The notes beneath the pieces are model-generated. The model was not told the DNA's origin and searched no databases. It saw only the letters and a list, made by a program, of their open reading frames with translations. A stretch of 63,799 bases of DNA, counting the filler, from Octopus bimaculoides (Eukaryota): NCBI RefSeq assembly GCF_001194135.2. It is 4 parts of 4 records of this genome, joined end to end, with 100 filler letters (N's around TTAATTAATTAA, not from the genome) between each part and the next. Parts side by side here need not be neighbours in the genome. Positions count along the whole stretch, not along the records: positions 1 to 25,420 come from NC_068996.1; 3 more parts are not named here. One strand, written 5' to 3'. Shown piece by piece: positions 1 through 12,639 of this stretch (within the stretch, counting starts at the first letter, position 1; each line of letters opens with the position of its first letter). A program made the position numbers and the translations under genes.

Positions 1-16
1 GCTTTAAAATTTGAGA

Positions 17-525
17 TCACATAGACAGTATTTTACGTAGAATATGGGCAGTTCCCATGAGCACTATCTTTTGAACTTCAGCCATTTTGGGGTTTCCTGG
101 TATCTGAGCTAGGTAGTAATCAGCCCGTTTCGCTGTCATTCCCAGGGCACCTATGACAACAGGTATTGTTTTAGTCTTCAGGTTCCACATTTTGCTAATT
201 TCTATTTCGAGATCTTTATATTTGCTCAGTTTTTGGTAGGTCTTGACAGATACGTTTATATCGATTGGGACAGTCATATCAATGAGGAGGCATGATTTTT
301 GTCTGAAGTCTTTCAGTATGATGTCTGGCCTATTTGCGTCTCTCCTTCTATCAGTTTGAATGGTGAAGTTCCAGAGGATTGAGATGTGATTATTTTCAAG
401 CACTGGAGGTGGTTTGTGTTCCCACCAATTTTTATCATGTCCAGGTGTTTTCAAATTGCCCAGTGGATATATTGTGCTGCTCTGTCATGTCTGTTGAGAT
501 ACTCTGTAGGTGTAAGAAGGCTATA
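17..525 (-). mobile_element. R4/Dong-clade non-LTR retrotransposon, 5'-truncated 3' fragment (RLE endonuclease domain)
   Basis: ORF 17..454 has ILWNFTIQTD..ANRPDI..IDMTVP..KLSKYKDLEIEI..PVVIGALG. Bases 455-525 read YLNRHDRAAQYIHW in another frame. The 5' junction abuts (TAT)n/(TAG)n at 526-546. Confidence 0.9.
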
Positions 526-550
526 TTATTATTATTAGTAGTAGTTTTAT

Positions 551-767
551 AAGGCAGCGAGGTGGCAGAAACGTTAGCACGCCGGGCGAAATACTTAGCG
601 GTATTTCGTTTGTCTTTACGTTGTGAGTTCAAATTCCGCCGAGGTCGACTTTACCTTTCATCCTTCGGGATCGATAAATTGGGTACCAGTTGCGTACTGG
701 GGTCGATCTAATCGACTGGCCCCCTCCCCCCAAAATTTCGGGCCTTGCGCCTTGAGTAGAAAGGATT
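551..767 (+). mobile_element. tRNA-derived SINE, family A
   Basis: Head AAGGCAGCGAGGTGGCAGAAACGTTAGC with B-box-like GAGTTCAAATTCC. Many diverged copies occur in the window. Sits between TAT/TAG microsatellites. Confidence 0.85.
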
Positions 768-770
768 AGT

Positions 771-3250
771 AGTAGTATTGTTGTTATTGTTGTTATCATT
801 TACTTTTAATCCGCATGTTTGTTATAATCACTCGCCGAGACACTTCCAGTGTCCTAAGGCGAGTGATGGATAAGAGTATAATTGAAAGCTTCGGGTGGGG
901 TAGTGGTAGGGACAGTAGCAAAATATCTTCATGTAATACAACACAGACATTTAAATTGGTAGGCTTTTTCTAAGGATATGAGCAGTACTTATCAGCACAA
1001 TCTTTTGGATTTCTCTGAGACATAGTTTTCCTGGGATATTATCTAGATGTTGTTATCCCTTTCTTATCATAAGACACTAACCATTGATGGGTAAAGGATT
1101 TGTCAATATAGGCATCATTAACTCTCTTTGGGTATTTGTCGTTGAGAGGTTTTTCTTGCCATTTATCAGTAAGAATATCTAAGCCAGCAGTTTTAGCACG
1201 GGATTTTATACGCTTAGCTCTCTGTGTGCTTGTTTCCAGTACGTCTAATTCTTGAATTTGTTGTATTTGAAATTCACTTAGATATTCCTTTGTCTGTTTT
1301 GTTACTGAGTATGATGTTTTCTTGTTTTCAGGCTTTGAGATAGGTTTTAACATCCAGTCATCAGAGATTTTCAGATAGGTGTTTACATCAATTGTGGCAA
1401 TCTTCATTGTTAATTCCAGTTGTAAAAGTCCACGGTCTCCCTTTTTTCTTGGCAGATAAAGTCGTTCTATATCTGCCTTCGGGTGGTCCATTCTATGCAT
1501 TGTCAACAATTTTCGTATTTTTCTGTCAAGATTACATTTTTCAGTAATTGACCAGTTAATGATATTGAAACTGTAAGTCATGACTGGTATGGCTAAAGCA
1601 TTGATCGCTTCGATCCTGTTTCTTGCATTCAGCTCTGTATTGAATATTGTCCTTACCCTGCGATAACATTCTCTTCTGATCCTTTCCCTCATCACTCAAT
1701 GCTTGATTCCGTCCCCTTCAAATACCCCGAGGTATTTGTAGCTCTCCGCTGGTTCTAACTCCTTCATGACATTCTGCTGGTCAAGATTAACGTTGGATGT
1801 TTCGATCATTTTTCCTTTGATAAAGGTAGCTTTTGCACTTTTTATCGAGGCCAAATTGCATCCTGATGTCATCACTGAATTGCTTAACAATCGCTAGTAA
1901 ACCCTATAGCTGTCGGTCATTTTTTGCAAAGAGCCTTGAATCCTCCATGTAAAAGTGATGATTTATATTTTTATCAAACATTTTATAGCCATATCGTACA
2001 TCATCGAGCAATTTCGAGAGAAGTATTAATGCTAGACAAAAGAGGAGTGGTGATAGAGAGTCACCTTGTAAAATGCCACATGAAATTCTTACATCTCCAG
2101 CATTGAGAGATTCATTGTCACTGTTCAAAGTCAGTGTGGTTCTCCATGATCTCATAATTACAGACAAGAAGTCTCACAGAGTAGGAGCTATTTTATACAT
2201 TTCCAGACATTTCTTAATCCAGTTATTTGGTAGACTATCAAATGTTTTTTTATAGTCTATCCAGGCTATCTACAAGTTTTTGTGTCGTTTGTGACAGCCT
2301 AATAAGATCATCTTATTAATGAGTAACTGATCTTTACAACCATAGGACCCACATTTACATCCTTTTTGCTCATTAGGGAATATGCCACCTTCTATTAAAA
2401 AACTATAGGTATATTCAGTCAAGACAGATGTTAGTATTTTATACATTGTTGTTAAGCAGGTTATGGGTCTATAATTTTTGGTTCATTTGTTTCTTCATTT
2501 TTTGGCAGTAGGAATGTTACACTATTAACTAGCCAAGAGGGAGAGGGAATCATACTAGGTTGTTGCAAAACATTGTTGTAAAGTTTTGTTCGCAGGAATT
2601 TAATCATTTCCTGGAGACTTCCATTTGCTTGACTTTCTGAGAGCAGATCTTACATGCTCTACCTTGATACCCTCCCACTTTTTCTCTTCTTAGGAGTCTT
2701 AGTCAGTGAAAATTCTATCACTTCAAGAGGCCTTTTCATTGTGTGTTTTATGTTCTGCCCAGATTTTATTCCAAAATTCCTGCACTTCTTCTTTTGATGG
2801 GACAGACTTTATTGTTACTGGTGTTTTCCCTATCTTCTTGTAGAAATTTTTGGCGTTATTTTTTAACATGTTATTATCTCTGAAGAATCTAATGTACTCT
2901 TCATACCATGCTATGCGAGCAGCTTTAGCACATACCTTTTGCTTGATGGTTTCTATGGTGGCATCAATGTCAACTATGGTTTTCATATTATATTTTTTCT
3001 TTAATTTTCGTGTTTTTGTTGGTTTGATAATCTTGTTAAACTTAGGGATTTTTAACCCTTTAGCATTTAAACTGGCCATATCTGGCCCAAACTTTTCTAC
3101 ATGTTTGATGTTTAAACTGGCCATATTTGGTCTTTCACACCTACCTAACAATGTCATTATAAAAATAAAAAATTGAAATCTCAAATGTATGATTACGAGA
3201 TAATGCAGGATAAATTCAAAACAATGCAATAAATAAACATTACATTTTAC
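771..3250 (-). mobile_element. R4/Dong-clade retrotransposon relic: N-terminal region, RT and thumb, internally deleted
   Basis: ORF 2723..3229 resembles the R4 pre-RT region. ORF 1904..2167 has ILQGDSLSPLLFCLAL and a degenerate YMDD (YMED). ORF 1039..1695 has LYLPRKKGDRGL. Many stops and frameshifts. Bases 771-1030 look like a 3' UTR plus TAA/CAA tail (inference). Confidence 0.85.
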
Positions 3251-3469
3251 AAAATAATCTGAACGCTAAGGGGTTAAACATTGTATGTCAGACCTAAGTA
3301 GCTGAATTTGGTGTTGAATACACTGTTTCCAAGAAGGCTTTTTGTGGGAACCTTGTTTTCTAATCTTTTCACCACATAGAATCGTTGGCAAGAAATGGAA
3401 AGAGAATTGAAAAAAGATGATAATAATAATAATAACAGTAACAACAACAACATCAATAATAATAATGAA

Positions 3470-4372
3470 TAATATCGAAGACAATTGGAAAGGTAAATTC
3501 CTGCATGGAAAATACCCTAACCGCCTGTTCAAGCCAGATATTGATCAAAATCTAACACACCAATGGCTACAAGGGACAGGTCTGAAAGGGAAAACAGAAG
3601 GTTTTGTTATTGAAGTGCAAGATCATAGCTTGCCTACCAAAAACTACCATGCAAACGTCCTTAAAGAATTTGTGGAAAATTCACAGAGGCAGTTGATCAT
3701 TTGTTTCTGGCTGTGCAGTCCTTGCTGAAAAGGAGTTCCTCATAAGACATGACAAACTAGGGCAGTACATCCACTGGAATGCTTGTAAATACTACAAAAT
3801 TAAATCCCATGATAAGTGACACAGGCACCATCCAGAGGATGTAGTAAATGGCGAGGGCGTCACCATCTTTTGGAACTTCCTAATACAAACAGACAGAAAA
3901 ATTGACTCCAATCGACCAGACATTGTGATCAACGACTACAACAGAAGAACTTGCCTGTTAATAGATGTGTCTGTCCCACAAGATCAAAATGTCTCAAGAA
4001 AAGGAATACGAAAAGCTTCCTCACTATAAAGATCTGCAAATTGAAATCACAAAATTATGGAAGCTTAGTTCTACGATATTACCAGTAGTAATTGGTGCGT
4101 TGGGAATGATAAAGAAGGGAGCTGAGAAGTATATTAAGCAACTCCCTGGTAACTCCAATCTCTGTGAACTACAAAAGATAACCTTGATGGGTACAACCCA
4201 TATACTACAGAAAGCACTCTCCACCTAAAATGGAATAAATGTGGTGATAATTTTAGCATGCATAGCAAAACAAAAATGTCCTTGCTACTCTTGGCGTCCG
4301 GGGGATGTCCGGTACTAAGGCAGCTGATATAAAATTATAATGAAAAGAAACCATAAATAATAATAATAATAA
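3470..4372 (+). mobile_element. R4/Dong-clade 5'-truncated copy (thumb end, degenerate Zn knuckle, RLE, 3' UTR, TAA tail)
   Basis: WKGKFLHGKY..THQWL..TEGFV..QD, RHDKLGQYIHW, NRPDIV and PVVIGALG read across ORFs 3417..3728 and 3965..4228 and the frame between them. TAA repeats lie on both sides (3417-3476, 4356-4372). Confidence 0.9.
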
Positions 4373-4378
4373 AACAAA

Positions 4379-5070
4379 ATGAAAAGAAACATAACAAGTA
4401 ACTGTAGAATATGTGGAGACGGACAAGAAACAATAAATTATATTGTCTCTGGCTGCCTAGTCCTGGCTAAGAAGGAATATATTCACAGACATGACAGAGC
4501 TGGGACCTATATACACTGGAAGCTATGCCAACACTATGGAATAACAACAGAAAAAAGATGGTATAAACACACGCCAGAAAAGGTCACAGAAAACGAGAAA
4601 GCAACCATACTCTGGGATATGCCAATACACACAGATAGAGAAATTAAGGCAAATAGACCAGATATAGTTGTCAAAGATCATGAAGAAAAAAAATGCTTTC
4701 TAATTGATGTATCAATACCAGCAGATGACAACGTCTCTCTAAAAAAAATGGAAAAACTTTCAAAATACAAAGACCTGGAAATAGAGGTACCTCGAATGTG
4801 GAATCTAAAAACAAAAACAATTCCTATCATAGTAGGCGACTTAGGTATGATAAAAAAATTCAGACAAATACATAACAAAACCACCAGGACTTACAAATAT
4901 ATATAACATACAGAAAATAGCACTACCGGGCACTGCACACATCCTACGCAAAACATTTTCAATACAGTAACCATAAGGGCATCACAGCAAACCACAGCAC
5001 ATACCAAAGGCACACAGAGCTGCGCTCGGTAGTGAAGTGAAAGCACGTTATAAAAATAAAACTACTGAAC

Positions 5071-5130
<60 letters not shown>
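4379..5130 (+). mobile_element. R4/Dong-clade 5'-truncated copy (CCHC-type knuckle, RLE, 3' UTR, TAA tail)
   Basis: ORF 4379..4906 has CRICGDGQETINYIVSGC, RHD, HWKLC, ANRPDIVV, IDVSIP and KLSKYKDL. The 3' UTR ends AAATAAAACTACTGAAC followed by (AAT)n at 5071-5130. Confidence 0.92.
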
Positions 5131-5282
5131 CCTTTCTACTATAGATACAATAGATACAAGGCCTGAAATTTTGGGAGAAGAAACTAGTCGATAACATCGA
5201 CCCCAGTGTTGTACTGTTATTTAATTTATTGACCTCGAAAGGATGAAAGACAAAGTCGAACTCCCAGAACGTAACGACGGAC
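5129..5282 (-). mobile_element. SINE family A, partial
   Basis: Reverse-complement similarity to 551-767; its tail joins the (TAA)n array. Confidence 0.7.
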
Positions 5283-5724
5283 AATAATAATCAGGCAGTG
5301 GCTCTCATGGCTTCTTATCTTAACTGATTAGAAGTGTTACCATGTATATGTTCTGTCTTGGTATTGTAGTGGAAATATTCAGCAATCGCTCGATATTACG
5401 ATTCGCTAGAATATTGCCCACGTGATCAACAAAATCTGACCAATCACGACTTCGTGTCGAATAGGCTTCAATAATGATTTTTTTTTCTTTTGGTGCGCTT
5501 CGTCCTCAGCTTGTCGACCAGTATAAATTCAACACGTCGTGAACATTAGACAGAGAGAGCTTTAGGATACAGCAAAGCGATCCTTGACAAACACCATTGA
5601 AGTGCGAGTTGAACGGCGGAGACAGTGGACAACATCTGACCACACAAAGGCAATGAACAATTGGAGGAAGAATATCATTAGAAGATGGGCTACAATAAAT
5701 ATTCTGCTCAACACTACAGTTTTG

Positions 5725-6140
5725 TTTGTCAGTTTCTTGACTTTAACCAGTTGAGCAAGAGCCTTAGCGGCTGGCGATATGTGCACCTCTGATCACGAAC
5801 TGAAGTAGTGGGGGGGGGGCATCACAGCCATGTGTTGAGTGGAATTCTTTGGAATTTGGATAAGTCGCCTTTAGAAACATGGGTGTTTCAATTACCATCT
5901 TTAAACAACCCTTATTCAGGGACCTTTCGAGCGGGGCGGCTACTCGACCTGAAGAAAATTCTAACTGGGCCCCACTTGTAAGGCTATCTCAATATGAGGT
6001 TACCATGTCACGCACATAGTTGTAATGCATGTGCCTCGTGCCAGGCAGTCATGACGGGCATGTTAAGTTTCGTATATTTGTACCCAAGTGTCACTTTGAC
6101 GGCGTGTGCTGCTTTTTCGATAATAATAACAACAATAATA
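5725..6140. mobile_element. Non-coding interspersed repeat (SINE-like) ending in a TAA/CAA run
   Basis: No coding signal; runs into TAATAATAACAACAATAAT at 6121-6140. Repeat status rests on my recollection of similar octopus sequence and was not verified by search. Confidence 0.4.
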
Positions 6141-6817
6141 GTACGAACAAATGCCGTAGACTTACCCAAAACCACTACAAGTTATGACGACACGATAAGG
6201 TAGCGAAAGTGCTACATTGAAAGCTGTGCGAAAAGTGGAGGCTAGAGAGAGAGGCAAGATGTGATATTAGCACCAACCGCCAAAAGTGGCGGAGTTGGAG
6301 ACTTGGAAAATCCTCTAGAATTTCCCAATCCATACAGATCAGGTGCTAGAGCATAACAAACCGGACCTAGTGGTGGTCGACAAGATGCACCACATGTGCT
6401 ATATAGTTGGTGTTGCGTACCCTTTTGACCCAAGAATGGTCAAGAATGAAGGCGAAATAAGTACGAAATAGCTCGGCTATGGAAAATGAAGAAAGTGAAG
6501 ATAGTGCCAGTTATTGTTGGGTCCTTGGAGACAGTATCAGAAGGTATCAAGAGAAATATAAAGGAAATTATAATAGAGTGCCCAGTAGAACTGTTACAAA
6601 AGGCTTGCCTCCTTGACATGGCCAGGATAATCAGGAAAGTATCAAATAGTTGAAAAGAACAGAAAACATGGTACCGTAGGCTGCTGCAAGCAGCAAGCTC
6701 GCTACACATGCCAGACTCCAGGAGTTCCAATAAAACCTATGATAGAAGAAGAAAAAGAAGAAGAAGAAGAAGAAGAAGAAGAAGAAGAAGAAGAAGAAGA
6801 AGAAGAAGAAGAAGAAG

Positions 6818-6853
<36 letters not shown>

Positions 6854-6860
6854 AATAATA
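6141..6860 (+). mobile_element. R4/Dong-clade 5'-truncated RLE fragment with compound (GAA)n(CAA)n(TAA)n tail
   Basis: Manual translation gives RHDKVAKVLH*KLCEKW, NFPIHTDQVLEHNKPDLVVVD and EIARLWKMKKVKIVPVIVGSL..LLQKACLL. AATAAAAC at about 6728; tail 6744-6860. Confidence 0.85.
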
Positions 6861-9044
6861 ATTTGCGAGAAATGGCCAGACTTTAAATCACGAGAATATT
6901 GTTTTGATAAAGAGAAAATAACAATGATTGATCGAGAAATTTCGAAGGGTGGCTGTAAATTTGCTTTGTCGAAAATTTCCTGAACTGTTAGAAGCAATCT
7001 ATGTAATGTGTTTAAAGAAATTGTCTTCAGAAAATGTTGAAAATTTCTAAGAAGCATCTGCTCTATGAAGGTATTAAGACCCGTCTGAAGAGTGGCATAT
7101 TATGGCAGGTGTTTTCTGGTGGATAAACAACAAAACACTTCACAACATTAGAAAAACGTGCAATTCTGTGAAGTCTCAAAGAAACAAATAGAATAATAAA
7201 CCAAGAATATTTATTCCAAATCACACTCGCGCACGCGCAAACACACACATATACATACATTGCAACTAAAAGAAATAAGAAAAATAAAGAAAATTCAAAT
7301 AAATAATATTTTTCAAATTATTACAAAAGAAATTACCTAAAAAATGGTTAAGTTTGCTGCTGGCCCCAGAACTTGTCTATAGCTGTTATGGTGTTAAACT
7401 GGAATAGAGTTAAATCGCAACCCATTACTCGATGTGTTATTTATATATCATACATAGATTTCACATAGAAGAATTGTACTTGTTACTTTAAACCACCGAA
7501 TCTCTTATCTATTCCACATTTTAATGACTATTACTGTGGTTTACATAAGAGTAAGTTATATATTATAGCTGTAGGGGAAACTGTATCTAACTATAATTTG
7601 GACCCTCGACAGAATTCTCAATGCCATAGGTCAGTTCTATAACGAAAACCCTTTGTTCTCCTTGCTCCCACAATGTGTTCCCCTTCAAATCGCCCTACTT
7701 TTGCGACCCCTTTAACATTGTTTACATTCCTCCAGATATAATCCACTTCACGGAAGCTAAAAGATACAATTGAAAAATTATGATATACTTTCGCACAAGA
7801 AATCTATAATATTATTGTCATAGTGCAAGTGTAGACTCACTGGACAAGTGTGTTTGCCGCTGCCAATATCTGAGCAAGAGAACAAAGATTCATATCTTTT
7901 AGGTCTCTCTTTCTCTGGTCCTCCATGTCCTACTCTATAGTTGTCCGGAGCTCCCTAGGAGCCACCTGAATTCCTTTGATACCCAGACGCTTCGCAAGTT
8001 TATGAGTTTTCTTTGGTCGGATTTCATACCCGAACCAAAAACTCTATTCAGAAACTGTGATGTATCCTTTGACTTGTATGACTCGCGAGCGCCAGCTTAA
8101 GACTATTTTATCATGTTGTTCGATTTTCCGAGTAGGATTTTGTGTCACGTGTTCTATTTTTGGGGGGATCTGGCTGGAGTGACGTCTCGTGTTGGTCGGC
8201 TACATGCAACATAGTCGCAGCAGATGAGGAAGTATTTCACAGAGATGTGGATTGCTTAGGACACTGCTCAGAGAGTTGCTTGGAGTGACCCGAGCAGATA
8301 CCAACAAATGGGGGATGAAACGACGCGCTGCAATGGCACATACCCTCCCCCATGACCTAACCTAACCGCCGTCAAATTTGCTAGCCTCTTGCTTAAATAA
8401 GAAGCAATTATAATCGTATCAATCACGAATAAATCTTGTTTACTGGCAAAATTTTAAATGTTTCCTAACAAATCACGTGACAAATTTGCAGGATCACACG
8501 ATCTCACCCCACTCAAACCTGTCCCTCGTCCTTTTCTGCTTTGAGATTTATCTCCCCTATCACCTTTATTAATGGGATTTCGTGTTTTTAGTTGAATTAA
8601 GAAATTTTATTCAGAAATTGTGCGATGCCTCCGAGAGAAACTATTTACAACTAAAGGGACAATGATATACACTTTACGACTAAATGAAATTTGCCTTACT
8701 GTGATACCAACATACAACTTTGGGGACTGTACCTCACTGTAATAACTTCTTGGTGGAGTCGGTCACTGACGTGCCGTCTGGAAAGGCGCGTGGGTGGAGG
8801 AAATCACAGGCGGTGTCTATCCTGACTAAAGCTATAAATATTAATTATTAAATATATTAGAGCAAATCATTTCCGATTCGAAATAAAAATTCTAATTCAA
8901 TGCATACAATCCAGAAAATGGCTATTGTTTTGATGACAGATGGGCACATTATATGCTGTAGAAATGTGTGTGTGCGTGTATACACGCACGCACACACACA
9001 CACACATACATACATACATACATACATACACAGATACACATACA

Positions 9045-10030
9045 TACATAAGTACTCTTCTCATTTTACTTGGACTCAGCAACTAGACCAAGATTTACTT
9101 CAGTGCTATGAAAAAGCCTGAGATGACCCTTCAATCAGATACATGAAGCAGTTAAAACAATACTGGGACGAAGCTTATCCCAACTTAAATACCTTCACAG
9201 CGAAACAGCGCCAACAAGAAGCATCTTTTATTTAAAAAATAAATCAACTGATCTTCGATCCTCCCGAAACACTGAGAATGGGCCAAAATCTGCCAGAAGC
9301 GGCGTAAAAAAATAATGTAAACAAACCACCGCTTCCGCCATCACTAAATTCGAGTGTGTCTCCAAATTTAGCTGACACAGTAGCAAATACTGCGGAATAC
9401 ATCCAACTCAAAAAACATTTTAAAATTACAATTCACAAAAAAATGTGTTACTTTCTCGACGCTTTCGTTGAGCAACAGACCATTTCCAACAAGAATGAGA
9501 AAAAATCCGACCGATCTCATGTTTAAAGTTATCAACGATGTCGCTGGAGAGCACATGGAATCATATGATGTTAATAACTGGAATATTAATACTCTTATAT
9601 ACACAGCCGCTATTACTTTTAAAGAACATCTAGGAGAAGTCTACAGTGAACAAAGTAACAAAATTACTAAACGGAAACAACCAAGATGGAAAACAAAATT
9701 TGAAAACATCAACAACGTGCGCCGCCATATCGGATGGTTAACTATAACAATAAAACATAAGGAGAAAAATGAGTTTACACTTTACCACCTCTACCTTAGA
9801 CAAAAGTTGACGAAACTTTATGGCAACTCGTTACACCGAGCTCTTGAGGAAAAAACTAATCATTTTAAAAACATGAACTCAGGACGAGAGCGAGAAACTC
9901 CACTATTGCATGCGAATTTTTGAGCGAGTCAGTATCAATCACAAGTTTGCTTCCAACCCACAAGCATTTACAACGAAGATGGTTAATAAGGAAAATGTTG
10001 AAATGTCTAACTTGAGATGAAATGAGCTGG
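9045..10030 (+). mobile_element. R4-like retrotransposon N-terminal (pre-RT) fragment
   Basis: TWTQQLDQDLLQCYEKA*DDPSIRYMKQLKQYW and ORF 9468..9923 (NTLIYTAA..QPRWKTKFEN..VRRHIGWL) resemble R4 ORF N-termini. No RT follows. Confidence 0.55.
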
Positions 10031-10384
10031 TAAGCGACGATTTATTCTCCGTTATAAAATACAATGATTGACATAGATGAAATAAAATATGGGTTATAAC
10101 AAGAATGTGTGAGAGATATTCGTGGTTTGGCTGGACTGTTGTTCTGTAGACAAAGTTGACGTACTGTTTGGTGGAGTTGATAGGCAGCCGTTGGTTTGTT
10201 TATCGTGTAGTGTTCATACAGCAATGATGTAGACAAGCGTCTGTTGGAGAAGATGGAAGCGGGGACTGGCTGGTGTCAGAACATCGTTGCTGGAGACGAG
10301 TTGCGTGTGGTCAATGGCGAGTGCCAAAAACATAGAACAGTCAAGAATTGCCGTTCGTATAGAGAATAGTCAGCTCCCAGAAGA

Positions 10385-10755
10385 GATGACAGTTTTTTCC
10401 GCCAACGGAACACGCAATCCATTTTAGCGCATCTGATTAGTTGACCGTGTAATTTGGCGCAATTGTTTAGGGGACAATTTGCACCTAAAAACTAACCAAT
10501 CAGAACAATGGAGTAAGTGGAACAAAAACACAGACGAAAACGAAAAGTGTTACTAAAGAAGTCACAGATGTGTGACGTAAGATTTCCGGACAATGGACAT
10601 GAGTTAAAATAACAGAATAAGAAAAGTAATAAACAAGTGCAGAAAACATATATAGTGCGTGTGTTTATTTGGCAAAAAAGAAAGAAAAAATGACCGTCCC
10701 GAAATACAACAATATCTGTTTCAACACACGATTTCACATCAGGAATCTTGCTAAA
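10385..10755. mobile_element. Palindromic non-autonomous element fragment; 10660-10752 is homologous to 44445-44545
   Basis: Shares GTTTATTTGGCAAAAA..TGACCGTCCCGAAATACAACAATATCTGTT with the 44.5-kb inverted repeat. Internal hairpin near 10415-10510. Confidence 0.55.
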
Positions 10756-12639
10756 CGAATTGATAAACGTATGTGTGTGTGTGTGTGTGTCTTAAAACTT
10801 AGGTAAAGTTATTTTTTATTAGTCCGGGAACTTTTTGATACCACCTCATTTATNNNNNNNNNNNNNNNNNNNNNNNNNNNNNNNNNNNNNNNNNNNNNNN
10901 NNNNNNNNNNNNNNNNNNNNNNNNNNNNNNNNNNNNNNNNNNNNNNNNNNNNNNNNNNNNNNNNNNNNNNNNNNNNNNNNNNNNNNNNNNNNNNNNNNNN
11001 NNNNNNNNNNATATATATAAGGGCATTATTACAGAATAATGCCACACACTAGACTTCCCAAATAAAGACATTTTACTACCGAATGCGAGGAAAAGCAACT
11101 CTTAAAAAAACCAACCGTGTCTCTGTGTGTGTTTGTACATTTACACACACGCGCGCACACACACACGCACACACACACACACACACACGCACGCACACAC
11201 ACACACACACACACATGTATGCAGACAATTACATATGCATGCGCACATACGTACCTACGAATATACATAAATTATTCTGTGCATCTGTCCATACATACAT
11301 AAGCATACATAGACGCAAGAAGTCGTTTGTCCGGATGACGGTTCTTACAAAACTAATCGTGTTTCTTTTGAACCTTGAAATCTTCAGAGTACAAATGAAG
11401 ATCTTAAATTCGTAAATTTACAGTTTATATATGTGTGTGAAAGATGGTAACGGAGATTGAATGAATAGCAGCTGACTATGTAATTCTCGTCAATATATTG
11501 CAGAATATGTTGGTGTGTAGAGGAAGTGGGTATTGAAGGGTAAGGGGATAGGTATTAAGGATGGTGCTAGAATCATTAACCTTTGGACTGAGAAAAAAGT
11601 GAAGCAGTAAAAAAAACAAAATGAAAATAAAGTCAAAGGTCAACAGTTCTAGTATTACTCTTAATAGCATTCCCCTTTGCCTTTCAACACTCACAATTTT
11701 TACACTCCTAGGTATTCCACAATATATTGATCAATATTGAATAATCGGTTGCTATAACGCCATCCCTTTCTATCTACCTAACACACACACACACACACGC
11801 ACGCACACACACACTCGCACACACATATATGCATATACACGTATATATATTAGGGTTATGACATTTTCACAACCTAATAACCCTAAACTGTAATTCGATA
11901 AATAATTTTATAAAAGTTAGGAAACTAACATTTATTTTGCTTTATTTGAAAAAAAAAAAACGTCACCCCCAACTTAAGAAATCGACCACCACTTTTGACC
12001 CAAATCATGAAAAATTCTTGCGGGGCGGGTTGCATAACGCCTGCTCAAGTTTTTACCAAACTTGGTGTGCTGACTCAATGCAATGCAGAAATAGTATAGC
12101 TGAAATTTCTAGTTGAAGTAGTTTGGGAGTTATGGGCTTTTAAAACTATAATCACGAAGTGGCACTAGATTCACACTTCAGTATTTCTGCAGCCTAAATC
12201 CTTGTAAACGCAAGAGAGATGTGGAATAAAAGTGTATTTATACATTTTCAAGATTACTGATTGAGATTGCCTTATGCAAAGGTTCAAAACTAGGCTATTT
12301 TACGACAGAGGCCACTACAAGCATTCGATAGCATACAAAATTAAAACCAGTACATATTTTAAACTTTATAGGTTTAATTCCAATTTTAAGTAACTGTCTA
12401 AGAAAAAGGATGCTGAATGTTAGCAAATTTTTAAACATAACAAAGAATTAATACGTTTTGTTAGATAAAAAAAATTCGTAGCTGAAGTTTCTCTTTCTTT
12501 TATAAACACAGTTATAAACACAGAAAAAATAGAAATGAACAATGAAATAACATGCAAAAATGATAGGTGAGCTGGTTAGTAAGGGACATATGAACGTTTG
12601 TTTGAAATAAGTTAGAAAAGGCGCAGGTTCATGGAATAT

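Noticed and set aside
5048-5284. Poly-Tyr ORF and similar homopolymeric ORFs (poly-Arg 6708..6983, poly-Phe/Leu 6631..6852)
   Set aside because: Translations of trinucleotide microsatellites.
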